A DNA stretch of 64,000 nt from Candidatus Omnitrophota bacterium (lineage in GTDB: Bacteria > Omnitrophota > Gorgyraeia > B26-G9 > JBDRCZ01). Below, piece by piece: positions 38,381 through 48,392 of the stretch (the first letter of the stretch is position 1; each line of letters starts with the position of its first letter). Below the pieces are notes generated by a model. The model did no database searches and had not been told where the DNA came from. It saw only the letters and a list, made by a program, of their open reading frames with translations. The stretch is taken from contig JBDRCZ010000073.1 of assembly GCA_043821285.1 (NCBI GenBank), positions 3,564 to 67,563 of the forward strand, written 5' to 3'. The translations under genes were made by a program, and so were the position numbers.

Positions 38381-38543
38381 TATCAGAAAAACAACCACAG
38401 ATTGTGCAAATAGTTTGTTGATAAAAATAACTGAAAGATCCGCCAGCGCTTTGTGGCGGAATTGGCGTTTGCCAAACAGACTGACGGACAGGGATTAAAT
38501 TCCCGGACATGTCTTTTGGCGGGTCATTTAAAAAGATTAAACG

Positions 38544-39356
38544 ATGAAAATTATATGTAATTTATGCGGGCAGGATAAATATAAGGTTTTAGAAATTATT
38601 GCCGCATATGAGGTCGTAAGGTGTGAAGACTGCGGCTTAATCTATATTAATCCCTTTCCGGAAACTAAAAAACTTTTTAGTCATTATAATCAGGAGTATT
38701 ATCAACCGTGGTTAGAGCAACAAAGTCTACGGCAGAAGATGTGGCAGCAAAGAGTAAAAAAGATTCAAGCCTTGAAATCCACGGGAAAATTATTAGATGT
38801 TGGATGTGGTACAGGTATATTCTTAAACACCGCAAAAAGCCAAGGCTGGGATGTGTACGGGACCGAGGTCTCGGAATATGCCGCACAGCGGATAAAAAAT
38901 ACTTTTGGCATAGAAGTGTTTGTCGGTAAGCTTGAAGATGCCCGTTTCCCGGAGAATTTTTTTGATGTCATTACCTTTTGGCATGTGTTGGAGCATACCA
39001 CGGATCCTTTGGGGAACTTAATTGCGGCGCGAAAACTGCTTAGCCCAGGGGGAATGCTGGTTGTTGTGGTCCCGAACATTAACAATTATATCTATAAAAT
39101 TGCCTATAGGATGATTAAGTTTAAAAGACCAGCGCTTTTTTCCTTGGCAAATCGTGAAATCCATCTCTACTTTTTTTCTGTGGATACGCTCAAAAAAATG
39201 ATGGAAAAAGCAGGACTTGTTCCGGTAAAGTTTGATTTAGACAAAGAAAGGATTTTTGTTGGTGAGCGGATTATTGATAATTTTGCCTGGGCGCTCTTTA
39301 AACTGACCGGACTTAATTTGGGACTGGCATTTGAGGTATATGCTAAGAAAAGATAG
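38544..39356 (+). CDS. class I SAM-dependent methyltransferase with N-terminal Cys4 zinc-ribbon
   Basis: CNLCGQ...CEDCGL then LDVGCGTGIF (motif I); paralogue of 42344..43288. Confidence 0.8.
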   Translation: MKIICNLCGQDKYKVLEIIAAYEVVRCEDCGLIYINPFPETKKLFSHYNQEYYQPWLEQQSLRQKMWQQRVKKIQALKSTGKLLDVGCGTGIFLNTAKSQGWDVYGTEVSEYAAQRIKNTFGIEVFVGKLEDARFPENFFDVITFWHVLEHTTDPLGNLIAARKLLSPGGMLVVVVPNINNYIYKIAYRMIKFKRPALFSLANREIHLYFFSVDTLKKMMEKAGLVPVKFDLDKERIFVGERIIDNFAWALFKLTGLNLGLAFEVYAKKR

Positions 39357-39358
39357 TT

Positions 39359-40603
39359 ATGCGTATTGAGGATAAAACAGAAAGTAAAGTGGTTGAAGTT
39401 GAAAAAACGCAATACATAATACAAAATTGCATGAGCGTGCGCAATAAAAATATTTACTATAAAACCATTCGACCAGCAGCAAAAAATATTTATTATTCTT
39501 TTTGTGCGGGTTTATTAAGGATTGTTGCTTTTTTGTTATTTTGGATACGGCCTAAGGCAATAACTGCGGAGCAGATAGATAAAATTTTATTAATTAAATT
39601 GGAGCGTATCGGGGATTTGGTGCTTTCAACCCCCGCCATCCGTGCGATAAAAGAAAAATTTCCGCATGCCGATATTGCATTGATTGTTAATTCATATACT
39701 CAGGCAGTAATAGAAAACAATCCTTATGTTGATGAAATTATCGTATATGGCCGTGCAGAGGGACATAAAAGTTTAATTAAAAGAATAGATTTTATTAAGC
39801 AGCTGCGGAGTAAAAAATTTGATCTGGGGATTGATTTGACAACCAGAGATTTTTTCTTTTTGCCGGCCTGGCTGCTGTGTTTTAGCCGGGCAAAGATTAC
39901 GTTAGGCCTGGATAATTTTGGCCGGGGTTTTTTGTTTAATCTCAAAGTAAGGCCGGATAAGCGGCCTAAGCCGTTAACAAAAGAAGTATTGCATATTTTA
40001 GACCCTTTGGAGATAAGTGGTTTGGATAATAAACCCCGTGTTTTTCTCTCGGAAAATAATAAAAATTATATTAATGAACTCTTAGATGAACAGGGTATAG
40101 GAGAAAATGATATATTAGTATGTATCCATCCCGGGGGGGTGTTTGAGACAAAATATTGGACAAAAGATGGTTATGCGAAAGTAGCGGAGTATTTATTCAA
40201 ACAGTATCAGGCAAAAGTATTTTTTATCGGCAGTAAACAGGAAGCAGTACGGGCGGATGAGATCATCGCTCGGATAGAAAAAAAACCGGTTAATTTGACT
40301 GGGAAGATTTCTTTGGGGCAGGTGAGCGCGTTAATTGCCAAATGCCGGCTTTTTATTGGGAATAATTCCGGACCTCTACACATTGCCGCAGCGCTTGGTA
40401 TCCCCACGATTTCTTTTTTAGGACCTTCGGTCCCGGAGAGATGGTCGCCAAATGAGGAAAAAGATATTGTGTTTAAAATAGATCTGGACTGCCGGCCTTG
40501 TGAATTAGGATATTGCTATCGAAAAGATTTGGCATGTATGAACAGTATTTTACCGGAGGAGGTTATTGCTGCTGTTGACAGGCAATTACGTTTGTTACAG
40601 TAG
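39359..40603 (+). CDS. glycosyltransferase family 9 (LPS heptosyltransferase-like)
   Basis: ILLIKLERIGDLVLSTPAIRAIKEKFPHADIALIV N-terminal GT9 signature; C-terminal GNNSGPLHIAAALG. Confidence 0.85.
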   Translation: MRIEDKTESKVVEVEKTQYIIQNCMSVRNKNIYYKTIRPAAKNIYYSFCAGLLRIVAFLLFWIRPKAITAEQIDKILLIKLERIGDLVLSTPAIRAIKEKFPHADIALIVNSYTQAVIENNPYVDEIIVYGRAEGHKSLIKRIDFIKQLRSKKFDLGIDLTTRDFFFLPAWLLCFSRAKITLGLDNFGRGFLFNLKVRPDKRPKPLTKEVLHILDPLEISGLDNKPRVFLSENNKNYINELLDEQGIGENDILVCIHPGGVFETKYWTKDGYAKVAEYLFKQYQAKVFFIGSKQEAVRADEIIARIEKKPVNLTGKISLGQVSALIAKCRLFIGNNSGPLHIAAALGIPTISFLGPSVPERWSPNEEKDIVFKIDLDCRPCELGYCYRKDLACMNSILPEEVIAAVDRQLRLLQ

Positions 40604-40635
40604 GACGCGGAGTGAATCACTGGGTAGTAAAATAC

Positions 40636-40675
40636 TGAATGACAAATTCCAAATGATAAATGAATCATTTAACAG
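40636..40675. repeat. intergenic hairpin repeat family (TGAATGACAAATTCCAAATG...CAAATGAATCATTTAACA), copy 1
   Basis: Shared 30-40 nt core with copies at 44680, 47027, 48053, each immediately after a gene stop. Confidence 0.55.
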
Positions 40676-40745
40676 AAAAATAAAAGAAAGTTCAATGAGA
40701 GTAATAAAAAGTTTAAAAACATAACCAGAACCATGTGAGGTTAAT

Positions 40746-41264
40746 ATGGAGAAAAGTTTAAAATTAAACTTGGGCTCAGGAGATAGGGCTTTGGCAGGGT
40801 ATGTTAATGTTGATATTAATCCTTCTGCCCCGGGGGTGAATAGGCTCTATGATTTGAATAATTATCCATGGCCGTTTGAAGATAATAGTGTAGATGAAGT
40901 GTTTATGGACCAGTGCCTGGAGCATCTCATCGACCATAACCGCGCAATGAAAGAAATTTACCGCATTTTAAAAAAAGGAGGTATAGCAACAATACTTGTG
41001 CCGCACTTTACCTGGCAGTTTGCATATACTGACCCGACACATAAACATTTTTTTGCCTATAATACGTTCTTTTATTATGCTGGCCGCGGCGGAGGTTTTG
41101 GGTTTGAATTTTCATCATGTAAGGTGCGCCTGATCTTTGGCAAACGTCTGTCCGTCTGGAACTACATTCTTGAACCAATATTTAATTTATTTCCTAATGT
41201 GTATGAACAAAGTCCATTAAGAATATTTCCCGCGTTGAAAATAGAGACAGTGCTAAGAAAGTGA
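40746..41264 (+). CDS. SAM-dependent methyltransferase (Methyltransf_11/23-like)
   Basis: LNLGSGDRALAGYVNVD motif I-like; DQCLEHL; small 172 aa. Confidence 0.7.
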   Translation: MEKSLKLNLGSGDRALAGYVNVDINPSAPGVNRLYDLNNYPWPFEDNSVDEVFMDQCLEHLIDHNRAMKEIYRILKKGGIATILVPHFTWQFAYTDPTHKHFFAYNTFFYYAGRGGGFGFEFSSCKVRLIFGKRLSVWNYILEPIFNLFPNVYEQSPLRIFPALKIETVLRK

Positions 41265-41273
41265 TTATACGAT

Positions 41274-42344
41274 ATGGACAATAGTAACGTTAAAAAAATT
41301 TTAGTAGTAGAACTAGCAGGAATCGGGGATTTGGTTATGGCAACCCCGGCGCTTAAGGCGTTAAGGGAAAAATTCCCGGATGCCTATGTCGGAATCTTAG
41401 TTATTGGCCGCGCCGTAGAACTTGCTGAAGGTTTGCCTTATGTAAATGAGGTGTTTGTGTTTGATATTGAATATACCGGGATAGATAATTTGTTTCGTAA
41501 TAAAGCGGTTTTTAAAACATATAAGACGATCCGAGAATTGCATTGTAAAAGATTTGATCTGCTGATTAATTTAGAACATATAAGTACCTGGCCGGGGGCT
41601 TTGAAAATGGCGGCGCTTTTTTCAATGATTGGGGCAAGATATAAACTTGGCCGGGATACCGACGGCCGCGGGTTCTTTTTTAATTTAAAAGTACCAGAAA
41701 GTGTCAGAGACCACAAACATGAAGTTGAAGCAAATCTTGAGGTTGTGCGGTTACTGGGAGCAGATGTCAGTGAGGTAAAACTTGAGGCTCCGGTTTTTGA
41801 TGAAGATAGAAAATATGTGGATGATTTTTTCAGCGCGTATGATTTGGGCAAAAAATATTTGCTTATTGGTTTAAATCCCGGCTCTTTTCGTTTTTATGAC
41901 CGCTGGCCTTGTGATCGATGGGTCAGGTTGTGTGAGTGCTTGATTGAAAAATATAAGTGTATAATAGTTGTTACTGGTGGAGAGAGTGAGAAGGGGCTGG
42001 TAGGGGACATAACAACACGACTTAAAGATAAACCAGTAGTACCAGCAATAAATTTTACCCTGAAACAGTTAGCCGCACTAATAGAACGATTGGATTTGTT
42101 TATTACCGGTGATAGCGGTCCAATGCATATTGCCGCCGCCGCCGGGACCCGGTTAATTGCCCTTTTTGGCCCGGGGGATGTGCATAAATTTTCTCCTTAT
42201 ACTAGCCGGGATAAATATATAATTATTAGAAAAGAAATAAATTGCCCGCGTCCCTGTTATAAATTTAAATGTCAGAATAATCAGTGTATGGGGCTAATTA
42301 CGGTTCAAGACGTTTCGCAGGCAGCAGAGGAGTTGTTAAAATAA
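41274..42344 (+). CDS. glycosyltransferase family 9 (heptosyltransferase-like)
   Basis: ILVVELAGIGDLVMATPALKALREKFPDAYVGILV; GDSGPMHIAAAAG. Confidence 0.85.
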   Translation: MDNSNVKKILVVELAGIGDLVMATPALKALREKFPDAYVGILVIGRAVELAEGLPYVNEVFVFDIEYTGIDNLFRNKAVFKTYKTIRELHCKRFDLLINLEHISTWPGALKMAALFSMIGARYKLGRDTDGRGFFFNLKVPESVRDHKHEVEANLEVVRLLGADVSEVKLEAPVFDEDRKYVDDFFSAYDLGKKYLLIGLNPGSFRFYDRWPCDRWVRLCECLIEKYKCIIVVTGGESEKGLVGDITTRLKDKPVVPAINFTLKQLAALIERLDLFITGDSGPMHIAAAAGTRLIALFGPGDVHKFSPYTSRDKYIIIRKEINCPRPCYKFKCQNNQCMGLITVQDVSQAAEELLK

Positions 42345-43288
42345 TGCCGAAGTATGTAAATTGTAATCTTTGCCAGAGCAAGGAGACTAAAGTTTTAATT
42401 AAAGAAGATTTGTTTGATATTGTAGAGTGTAGAATCTGCGGACTAATTTATCAAAACCCCAGGTCAACTCAAGATGAAATACTGGACCAGTTTGTTTCGG
42501 ATCGTGTTGTTGCGGAACATAAAAAACAAGTCTGGTATGATGCCAAAATTAATTTATTTAGAAAAAATCTTAAAAAGATTGAAAGCTATGTACAAAAAGG
42601 CAGACTCTTAGATGTTGGCTGCGGCTATGGCACGTTTTTAACCGAGGCAAAAAATCATGGCTGGCAGGTACAGGGGGTTGAGATTGCTAAAGCGGCACAT
42701 GACTATTGCAAAGAAAAACTGGGACTGGAGGTATTTAGCGGGACGTTAAAAGAGGCGCATTTCTCTGATCAGTACTTTGATGTGGTTACCTTGTGGGAAG
42801 TGCTTGATCTTGTGCCGGATCCCCTGAGGGAATTCAAAGAAGTAAAAAGAATATTAAAGCCGGACGGCATAATTGCCTTAAGATTATATAATGCTGCATT
42901 TCATGTTTTTGTTCAGCGTTTATTGAAACGTGTGCCATATATTGTGAGAAGCTTAAAAATCAGCCCAACAATTTTTCACCGGTATAGTTTTTCCGCAAAA
43001 ACTATAACAAAATTTCTGGAAGAGGCTGGGTTTGGGAATATACGGATAATGCCCTCTGAACTTACCAGTGCAGACCCTTATGCTACTGGCGGGGTGTTCG
43101 GTGTGTTTGGGGTGAGGATAATAAAAATGTTAACTTATGGTTTATCTAAACTCGTTTTTTACTTAAGTGTCGGGAGAGTGGTTGTGGGTCCGTCGTTTTT
43201 GGTTTTTGCCAAAATACAAAAGACACAAAAACAAATTTTACCACAGAGGACACAGAGCTCACAGAGAAAAAAAGGATATGGGAAGTAA
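42344..43288 (+). CDS. class I SAM-dependent methyltransferase with N-terminal Cys4 zinc-ribbon; 3' end reads into a CACAGAG repeat
   Basis: Start ATG overlaps the GT9 stop (TAATG). CNLCQS...CRICGL, LDVGCGYGTFL. Last about 15 codons (QRTQSSQRKKGYGK) are encoded by the ACCACAGAGGACACAGAGCTCACAGAG repeat. Confidence 0.8.
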   Translation: MPKYVNCNLCQSKETKVLIKEDLFDIVECRICGLIYQNPRSTQDEILDQFVSDRVVAEHKKQVWYDAKINLFRKNLKKIESYVQKGRLLDVGCGYGTFLTEAKNHGWQVQGVEIAKAAHDYCKEKLGLEVFSGTLKEAHFSDQYFDVVTLWEVLDLVPDPLREFKEVKRILKPDGIIALRLYNAAFHVFVQRLLKRVPYIVRSLKISPTIFHRYSFSAKTITKFLEEAGFGNIRIMPSELTSADPYATGGVFGVFGVRIIKMLTYGLSKLVFYLSVGRVVVGPSFLVFAKIQKTQKQILPQRTQSSQRKKGYGK

Positions 43289-43504
43289 AATAGAAGTCGG
43301 GACAATTGGGGAAACATTATTCGATCGCTATCTACATCAATATGACTATGATAAGCATTATTGTATTTGGGCACGAAGCACTACGGATGGCACAGAATAA
43401 AAGAAAAAGGTGACGATCCTCTTCAATGCAGATGGTCGGAAAATGCAGCGCATTTTCCGGGTATGAAGATACCCCGCAACTTGCTGCGGGGGAGATTCAT
43501 TAAT

Positions 43505-44674
43505 ATGCCAAAAATTAAAGTACTCCATATTATTACCAGACTTGATAAAGGCGGTTCCGCAGAGAATACCTTGTTTACCGTGGCTAAATTGGATAAGGAG
43601 CGGTTTGATACAGTGTTAGTCAGCGGCATAACCCACGACCCGGATAATCAGGTTACGGATTTTATTAGAAAAGAAAATATAAATTACGTGTTAATCCCGG
43701 AATTGGTTAGGGAAATAGCTCTGCTTAAAGATATAAAGGCGTTTTTTAAAATATTAAATTTTATCCGCAAAGAAAGATTTGATATTGTTCATACCCATAG
43801 TTCTAAGGCTGGTATGCTCGGCCGCTGGGCGGCAAAATTAGCTGGGGTTAAAATAATTATTCATACCCCGCACGGGCATATATTTTATGGTTATTTTAAT
43901 TACTTTTTAACACAGGTGTTTATTTTTTTAGAAAAAATAACTGCTAAAATTACCGATAGAATTATTACCTTGACCAAAAGAGGAAAAGAAGAGCATATCA
44001 AATATGGCATTGCTTGTGCGGATAAGCTCGTACCAGTGTATAGTGGTATTGAAATTGAAAAGTTCCGCAATTATCAGATAGATAAAATAAAACAAAAAAA
44101 GATATTGAAAGCGGATAAAAAGACCGCGATTATTGGTACGGTCAGCCGGCTGGAATCAGTTAAAGGCGGTGTGTATTTTATCAGTGCCCTGCCAGAAATT
44201 ATAAAAACCTTCCCAAAGTTAAAGGTATTTATTATTGGCGGCGGGACAGAAAAGGAAAATCTTGAAAGATTGACACGGAAATTAGGTGTCGCAAAAAATG
44301 TGGTTTTTATGGGGGAGTGCCAGGATATAAGCTGGTCGGTTTCTACCTTTGATGTGTTTGTCCTCTCATCCTTGAACGAAGGCATGGGCAGATGCCTGCT
44401 CGAGGCCCAGGCCTTAGGCGTGCCTGTGGTTGCCACCAGGGTTGGCGGCATTCCCGAGGTAGTTAAAGACGGGGTAACCGGATTTTTGGTCCCCCCGCAG
44501 AATTCAGAGGCAATTGCTGAGGCAGTGATAAAATTGCTTAAAGATGATTTTCTAAGAGAACAAATGTCAAGACAGGCCAGAGAAAATATTGATTATAGAT
44601 TTAGCGTCGAGGCAATGGTTGCGCGTATTGCCGGGGTTTATGAGGAAATGATCAGACGCAACATATTAGGGTAA
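43505..44674 (+). CDS. glycosyltransferase family 4 (probable start at MPKIKVLHI, longest ORF starts 43361)
   Basis: VLHIITRLDKGG N-terminal GT4 motif; C-terminal EGMGRCLLEAQALGVPVVAT...GFLV. Confidence 0.8.
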   Translation: MPKIKVLHIITRLDKGGSAENTLFTVAKLDKERFDTVLVSGITHDPDNQVTDFIRKENINYVLIPELVREIALLKDIKAFFKILNFIRKERFDIVHTHSSKAGMLGRWAAKLAGVKIIIHTPHGHIFYGYFNYFLTQVFIFLEKITAKITDRIITLTKRGKEEHIKYGIACADKLVPVYSGIEIEKFRNYQIDKIKQKKILKADKKTAIIGTVSRLESVKGGVYFISALPEIIKTFPKLKVFIIGGGTEKENLERLTRKLGVAKNVVFMGECQDISWSVSTFDVFVLSSLNEGMGRCLLEAQALGVPVVATRVGGIPEVVKDGVTGFLVPPQNSEAIAEAVIKLLKDDFLREQMSRQARENIDYRFSVEAMVARIAGVYEEMIRRNILG

Positions 44675-44679
44675 ATCTG

Positions 44680-44803
44680 TAATGACAAAATCCAAAATCC
44701 AAATTTCAAATGAATCATTTAACAAAAAAATGATAAATGAAAAGAATATTTTGCAAAAGAATCGGTTTTTTAAGATTAAAATATTTGGAGATTCATTTGG
44801 ATT
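44680..44803. repeat. intergenic hairpin repeat family, copy 2 (inverted halves CAAAATCCAAATTTCAAATGAATC / GATTCATTTGGATTTTG)
   Basis: Same core as 40636 and 47027; the two halves pair as a long hairpin. Confidence 0.55.
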
Positions 44804-44848
44804 TTGCCTGCCCGCCGATGCTTTGTGGAGGGTCATTTGAGATTTGTC

Positions 44849-46309
44849 ATGTATATAATTGCTATATTGTGCTGCATTTGCCAGATATCTGCTGCTGAAG
44901 AGCTGCAGCAGGTGTCGGCAATACTTCATGTCAGCTCTACAGTTAGTGATGGGAAATTGTCCATAGCGGAAATTGTTCAGCTTGCTAAGCAGAATAATGT
45001 GAAAGTGGTTGTTTTAAACGACCATGACTTTATACGCTGGGAGTACGGGCTCTGGCCTTTACGTAATGTCATAAAAAGAACTATTGCCAGAAACGACGTA
45101 TTTAGCTACGGGATAAACAAATACCTTAAAGAAATAGCAGATGTGCAGAAGAAAAATCCGGATATGGTCATAATCCCCGGGATTGAATCCGCACCCTTCT
45201 ATTACTGGACCGGAACACCCTTTAAAAATAACCTGACATTAAATGACTGGCATAGGCATATGTTAGTTGTTGGATTAGATAACGTGCAGGATTATAAATA
45301 TTTGCCTTTGGTTTCAAATAAAAATAGTATTAACCGCCAATTTTGTGTTCTTTTGCTCTGGCCGATGCTGGGGTTACTTTTGGGAATTTTATGTTTGCGT
45401 AAAAAAGAGTTTGTGTATAAAGATGTTCAGGGGAGAACTTTTGCCCCGTGTTTAGGCAAGTGGCGGGTTCCTGGAATAGTTATCATAGGTTTTAGTGTGT
45501 TGGGGTTGATTAATAATTTCCCTTTTGTAAAATTTCAATACGACCAGTATCATGGAAAACAAGGCACTGGTCCTTATCAGGTGCTGATTGATCATGTGAA
45601 TGATAAAGGCGGGCTTTGCTTTTGGGCGCACCCGGAAGCCGGTTATGCAAAAAAGATCGATAATATTGAAGTACAAACTAACCCTTATCCGGAATGTTTA
45701 CTGGAAACAGAAAATTATTCAGGGGTGGCCTTGTTTTGTGAAGGATATAAAAAGATCGGTCCTCCGGGGGGGATATGGGATAAAGTACTCTTAGAGTATT
45801 GCCAGGGTAAAAGAAATTCACCGATCTGGGCTATTAGTGAGCTGGATTTTGACACGCATGGCGAGTTTTCTGATTATATCGAAGATTTGCGCACTATTCT
45901 TCTAATTCAGGCATTAAATAAATTAGCAGTACTTAAGGCAATGAAAAATGGTAAAATGTATGCACTGCGGGGTAGAGGAGAGTTTGAGCTCACTCTGGAT
46001 GCATTTGTTGTAGGCGATAGTCTTTCAAATGCTCAAGGCATATCAGGAGATGAGATATGTATTAAAGGCAGACCGATAATAAAAATAAGCGGCGGGTTTG
46101 ACCATGCTCCTGCCACGGAGGTGCCAATTAAAATCGCATTAATCCGCGGTGGAACAGTTTTGCAGGAATTTAACGCGAACAGTCCGTTTAGCATAGATTA
46201 TATGGACGATTATTATAAAAGAGGCGAGAAAAATTATTACCGCTTAGTCATTAATTATCAAAACCGGAGGATTGTCACAAATCCGGTGTTTGTGAAGTTT
46301 GAGTTTTGA
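44849..46309 (+). CDS. PHP-domain-like metal-dependent phosphoesterase with N-terminal signal/TM segment (longest ORF starts 44804)
   Basis: LHVSSTVSDG and VLNDHD resemble PHP motifs I/II; FWAHPE later. Tentative. Confidence 0.4.
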   Translation: MYIIAILCCICQISAAEELQQVSAILHVSSTVSDGKLSIAEIVQLAKQNNVKVVVLNDHDFIRWEYGLWPLRNVIKRTIARNDVFSYGINKYLKEIADVQKKNPDMVIIPGIESAPFYYWTGTPFKNNLTLNDWHRHMLVVGLDNVQDYKYLPLVSNKNSINRQFCVLLLWPMLGLLLGILCLRKKEFVYKDVQGRTFAPCLGKWRVPGIVIIGFSVLGLINNFPFVKFQYDQYHGKQGTGPYQVLIDHVNDKGGLCFWAHPEAGYAKKIDNIEVQTNPYPECLLETENYSGVALFCEGYKKIGPPGGIWDKVLLEYCQGKRNSPIWAISELDFDTHGEFSDYIEDLRTILLIQALNKLAVLKAMKNGKMYALRGRGEFELTLDAFVVGDSLSNAQGISGDEICIKGRPIIKISGGFDHAPATEVPIKIALIRGGTVLQEFNANSPFSIDYMDDYYKRGEKNYYRLVINYQNRRIVTNPVFVKFEF

Positions 46310-46337
46310 GATTAGTGTTTTTATGATATAATAAAAA

Positions 46338-47030
46338 ATGATATTATCCGTACATCAACCACAATATTTGCCTTGGCTGGGTTATTTTGATAAAATATTA
46401 AACAGTGACGGTTTTGTGTTTTTGGATACGGTCCAGTATAAACACCGGGAATATCAAAACCGAAATAAGATCCGTACAAAAGACGGGTGGATATGGCTAA
46501 CTGTGCCGGTGATCACAAAAGGCTGCGGCCGGCAGAAGATTTCCGAGGTTTGTATCGATAATTGTATTAACTGGCAGAAGAAACATTGGCAGAGTTTAAA
46601 GTCCTGCTATGGACATACCCCGTTTTTTAAACAGTATTGCGGGTTCTTTGAAAATATTTACTCTGTAAAATGGGAGAAACTTATTACGCTAAATGTTCAT
46701 ATTACTAAATTCATCATCCAAGAGTTTGGGATTAAAACCCAGGTACACTTTGAATCAGAACTAGGCATCGCGGCTGCAAAGACTGAGCGAATTATTGAAA
46801 TATGCCGAAAGTTAAAAGCAGATACTTATCTCTCCGGAATTGGCGGTAAAGATTATCTGGAGGAGGAAAAATTAGAACAAGCCGGGATTGAACTTAGATA
46901 CCAGGATTTTGTCCACCCGGTATATCCGCAGCAGCACATGAAAGACCCTGGTGATTTTTTGCCGTATATGTCTGTGGTGGATTTGTTGTTTAATGAAGGG
47001 AATGGCAGCATTTTGAAAAATGCTGAATGA
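46338..47030 (+). CDS. WbqC-like family protein
   Basis: MILSVHQPQYLPWLGYFDKI N-terminus characteristic of WbqC; polysaccharide locus. Confidence 0.7.
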   Translation: MILSVHQPQYLPWLGYFDKILNSDGFVFLDTVQYKHREYQNRNKIRTKDGWIWLTVPVITKGCGRQKISEVCIDNCINWQKKHWQSLKSCYGHTPFFKQYCGFFENIYSVKWEKLITLNVHITKFIIQEFGIKTQVHFESELGIAAAKTERIIEICRKLKADTYLSGIGGKDYLEEEKLEQAGIELRYQDFVHPVYPQQHMKDPGDFLPYMSVVDLLFNEGNGSILKNAE

Positions 47031-47195
47031 CAAATTCCAAATGTCAAATATCAAATGAATCTCTTAACAAAAAATGCCCCGCCAAAAAACACGGCGAGCA
47101 GGCAAATGTAAAAGTTTTCCAAAAAGCTGATTGTTTTTAGAAGATTAAAATATTTAAAGATTCATTTGGATTTTGGAATTTAACATTTGGAATTC
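47027..47195. repeat. intergenic hairpin repeat family, copy 3 (stop codon of WbqC-like gene embedded)
   Basis: TGACAAATTCCAAATGTCAAATATCAAATGAATCTCTTAACA ... AAATATTTAAAGATTCATTTGGATTTTGGAATTTAACATTTGGAATTC. Confidence 0.55.
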
Positions 47196-47236
47196 TTTTC
47201 CGATTCTAGCCCCGAGCTTTATCGCGGAGGAAAAGT

Positions 47237-48052
47237 ATGTACGAAGAATATTGGCAGTTGAAAGAGAAACCGTTTGAAAATACGCCGAACCCGCGCTTTC
47301 TCTATAATTCTAAAGAGCATGAGGAAGGGCTCTCCCGGTTGATTTATGCGGTTAGCGAGGGAAAAGGCGCGGCAATGTTAACCGGGTTATTTGGCTGCGG
47401 AAAAACTCTTTTGGGACGCACGTTGCTTAGCGAGTTAGATAAAGATATATATAAAACGGCATTTATTGCTAACCCCTATTTAAGTTATGAAGAGATGCTG
47501 CTGCATATCGTTTATAAATTAGGCGGGAAAGACCTGCCGGTTAAAAAATCTGACATCATGGTCAATACAATTATTGAAAGATTGGAGGAAATTCTGGAAA
47601 ATAATATGCGTGACGGTAAAAAAACAGTAGTGATTATAGATGAAGCGCATGTAATCCGTGACCGGCAGGTATGGGAAGAATTAAGACTTATTCTTAATTT
47701 TCAATTGGAAGATCGATATCTGCTGACGCTTTTGCTGTTGGGCCAGCCGGAGTTAAAAGAAATTATTGATGCAAACAAACAGTTTGTACAGAGGATTGCG
47801 GTTAAATGCCATCTGCAAAGCTTAAATGAGCAAGAAACTAAAGAGTATATCCTGCACCGCCTGAATGTTGCCGGCAGAAGCCATCCTTTGTTTACTGACG
47901 CCGCGCATAGAATGATATATAAAAGGTCAGGAGGGATTCCGCGGAGAATAAATCATATCTGTGATTTAGCCCTGTTTTCCGGGTTTGGTAAGGAGTTTTC
48001 TCTGATTAATGAAGAAGTTATAAATGATGTTTCTGCGGATCTTGAAGGATGA
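47237..48052 (+). CDS. ExeA/GspA-like AAA ATPase (XrtA/PEP-CTERM-system-associated ATPase family)
   Basis: Walker A GLFGCGKT, Walker B VVIIDEAH; family typical of exopolysaccharide/exosortase loci. Confidence 0.7.
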   Translation: MYEEYWQLKEKPFENTPNPRFLYNSKEHEEGLSRLIYAVSEGKGAAMLTGLFGCGKTLLGRTLLSELDKDIYKTAFIANPYLSYEEMLLHIVYKLGGKDLPVKKSDIMVNTIIERLEEILENNMRDGKKTVVIIDEAHVIRDRQVWEELRLILNFQLEDRYLLTLLLLGQPELKEIIDANKQFVQRIAVKCHLQSLNEQETKEYILHRLNVAGRSHPLFTDAAHRMIYKRSGGIPRRINHICDLALFSGFGKEFSLINEEVINDVSADLEG

Positions 48053-48095
48053 CTAAAGAATGCCAAATGACAAATGTCAAAATCTAAAGGAATCA
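48053..48095. repeat. intergenic hairpin repeat family, copy 4 (partial)
   Basis: AAGAATGCCAAATGACAAATGTCAAAATCTAAAGGAATCA directly after the ExeA-like stop. Confidence 0.45.
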
Positions 48096-48392
48096 GCTAA
48101 TAATTAAACTTGATTATTCCCTATAGCTTGATAGAGGGTGATCTTTTGGAGGGAAAGTTTGAAAACCTACGGTTTTCAAATGGATAAAAAATTTCCGGTG
48201 CTGCATTGCCTCATCAGCTTGGCAAAATACCCGGTAGTCTTGCTACCGGGATAGTCAAGCTGAAGGAAATTTTTCATCCATTTATTTGTGATTTAAAGAT
48301 TTATTTGCAATTTGGGATTATATTAGGTTGTTTAGATTAGCGGTATATTGCAGAACCAGTAATACGATAAAGGAAAATAGAAAGGGCAAAAT

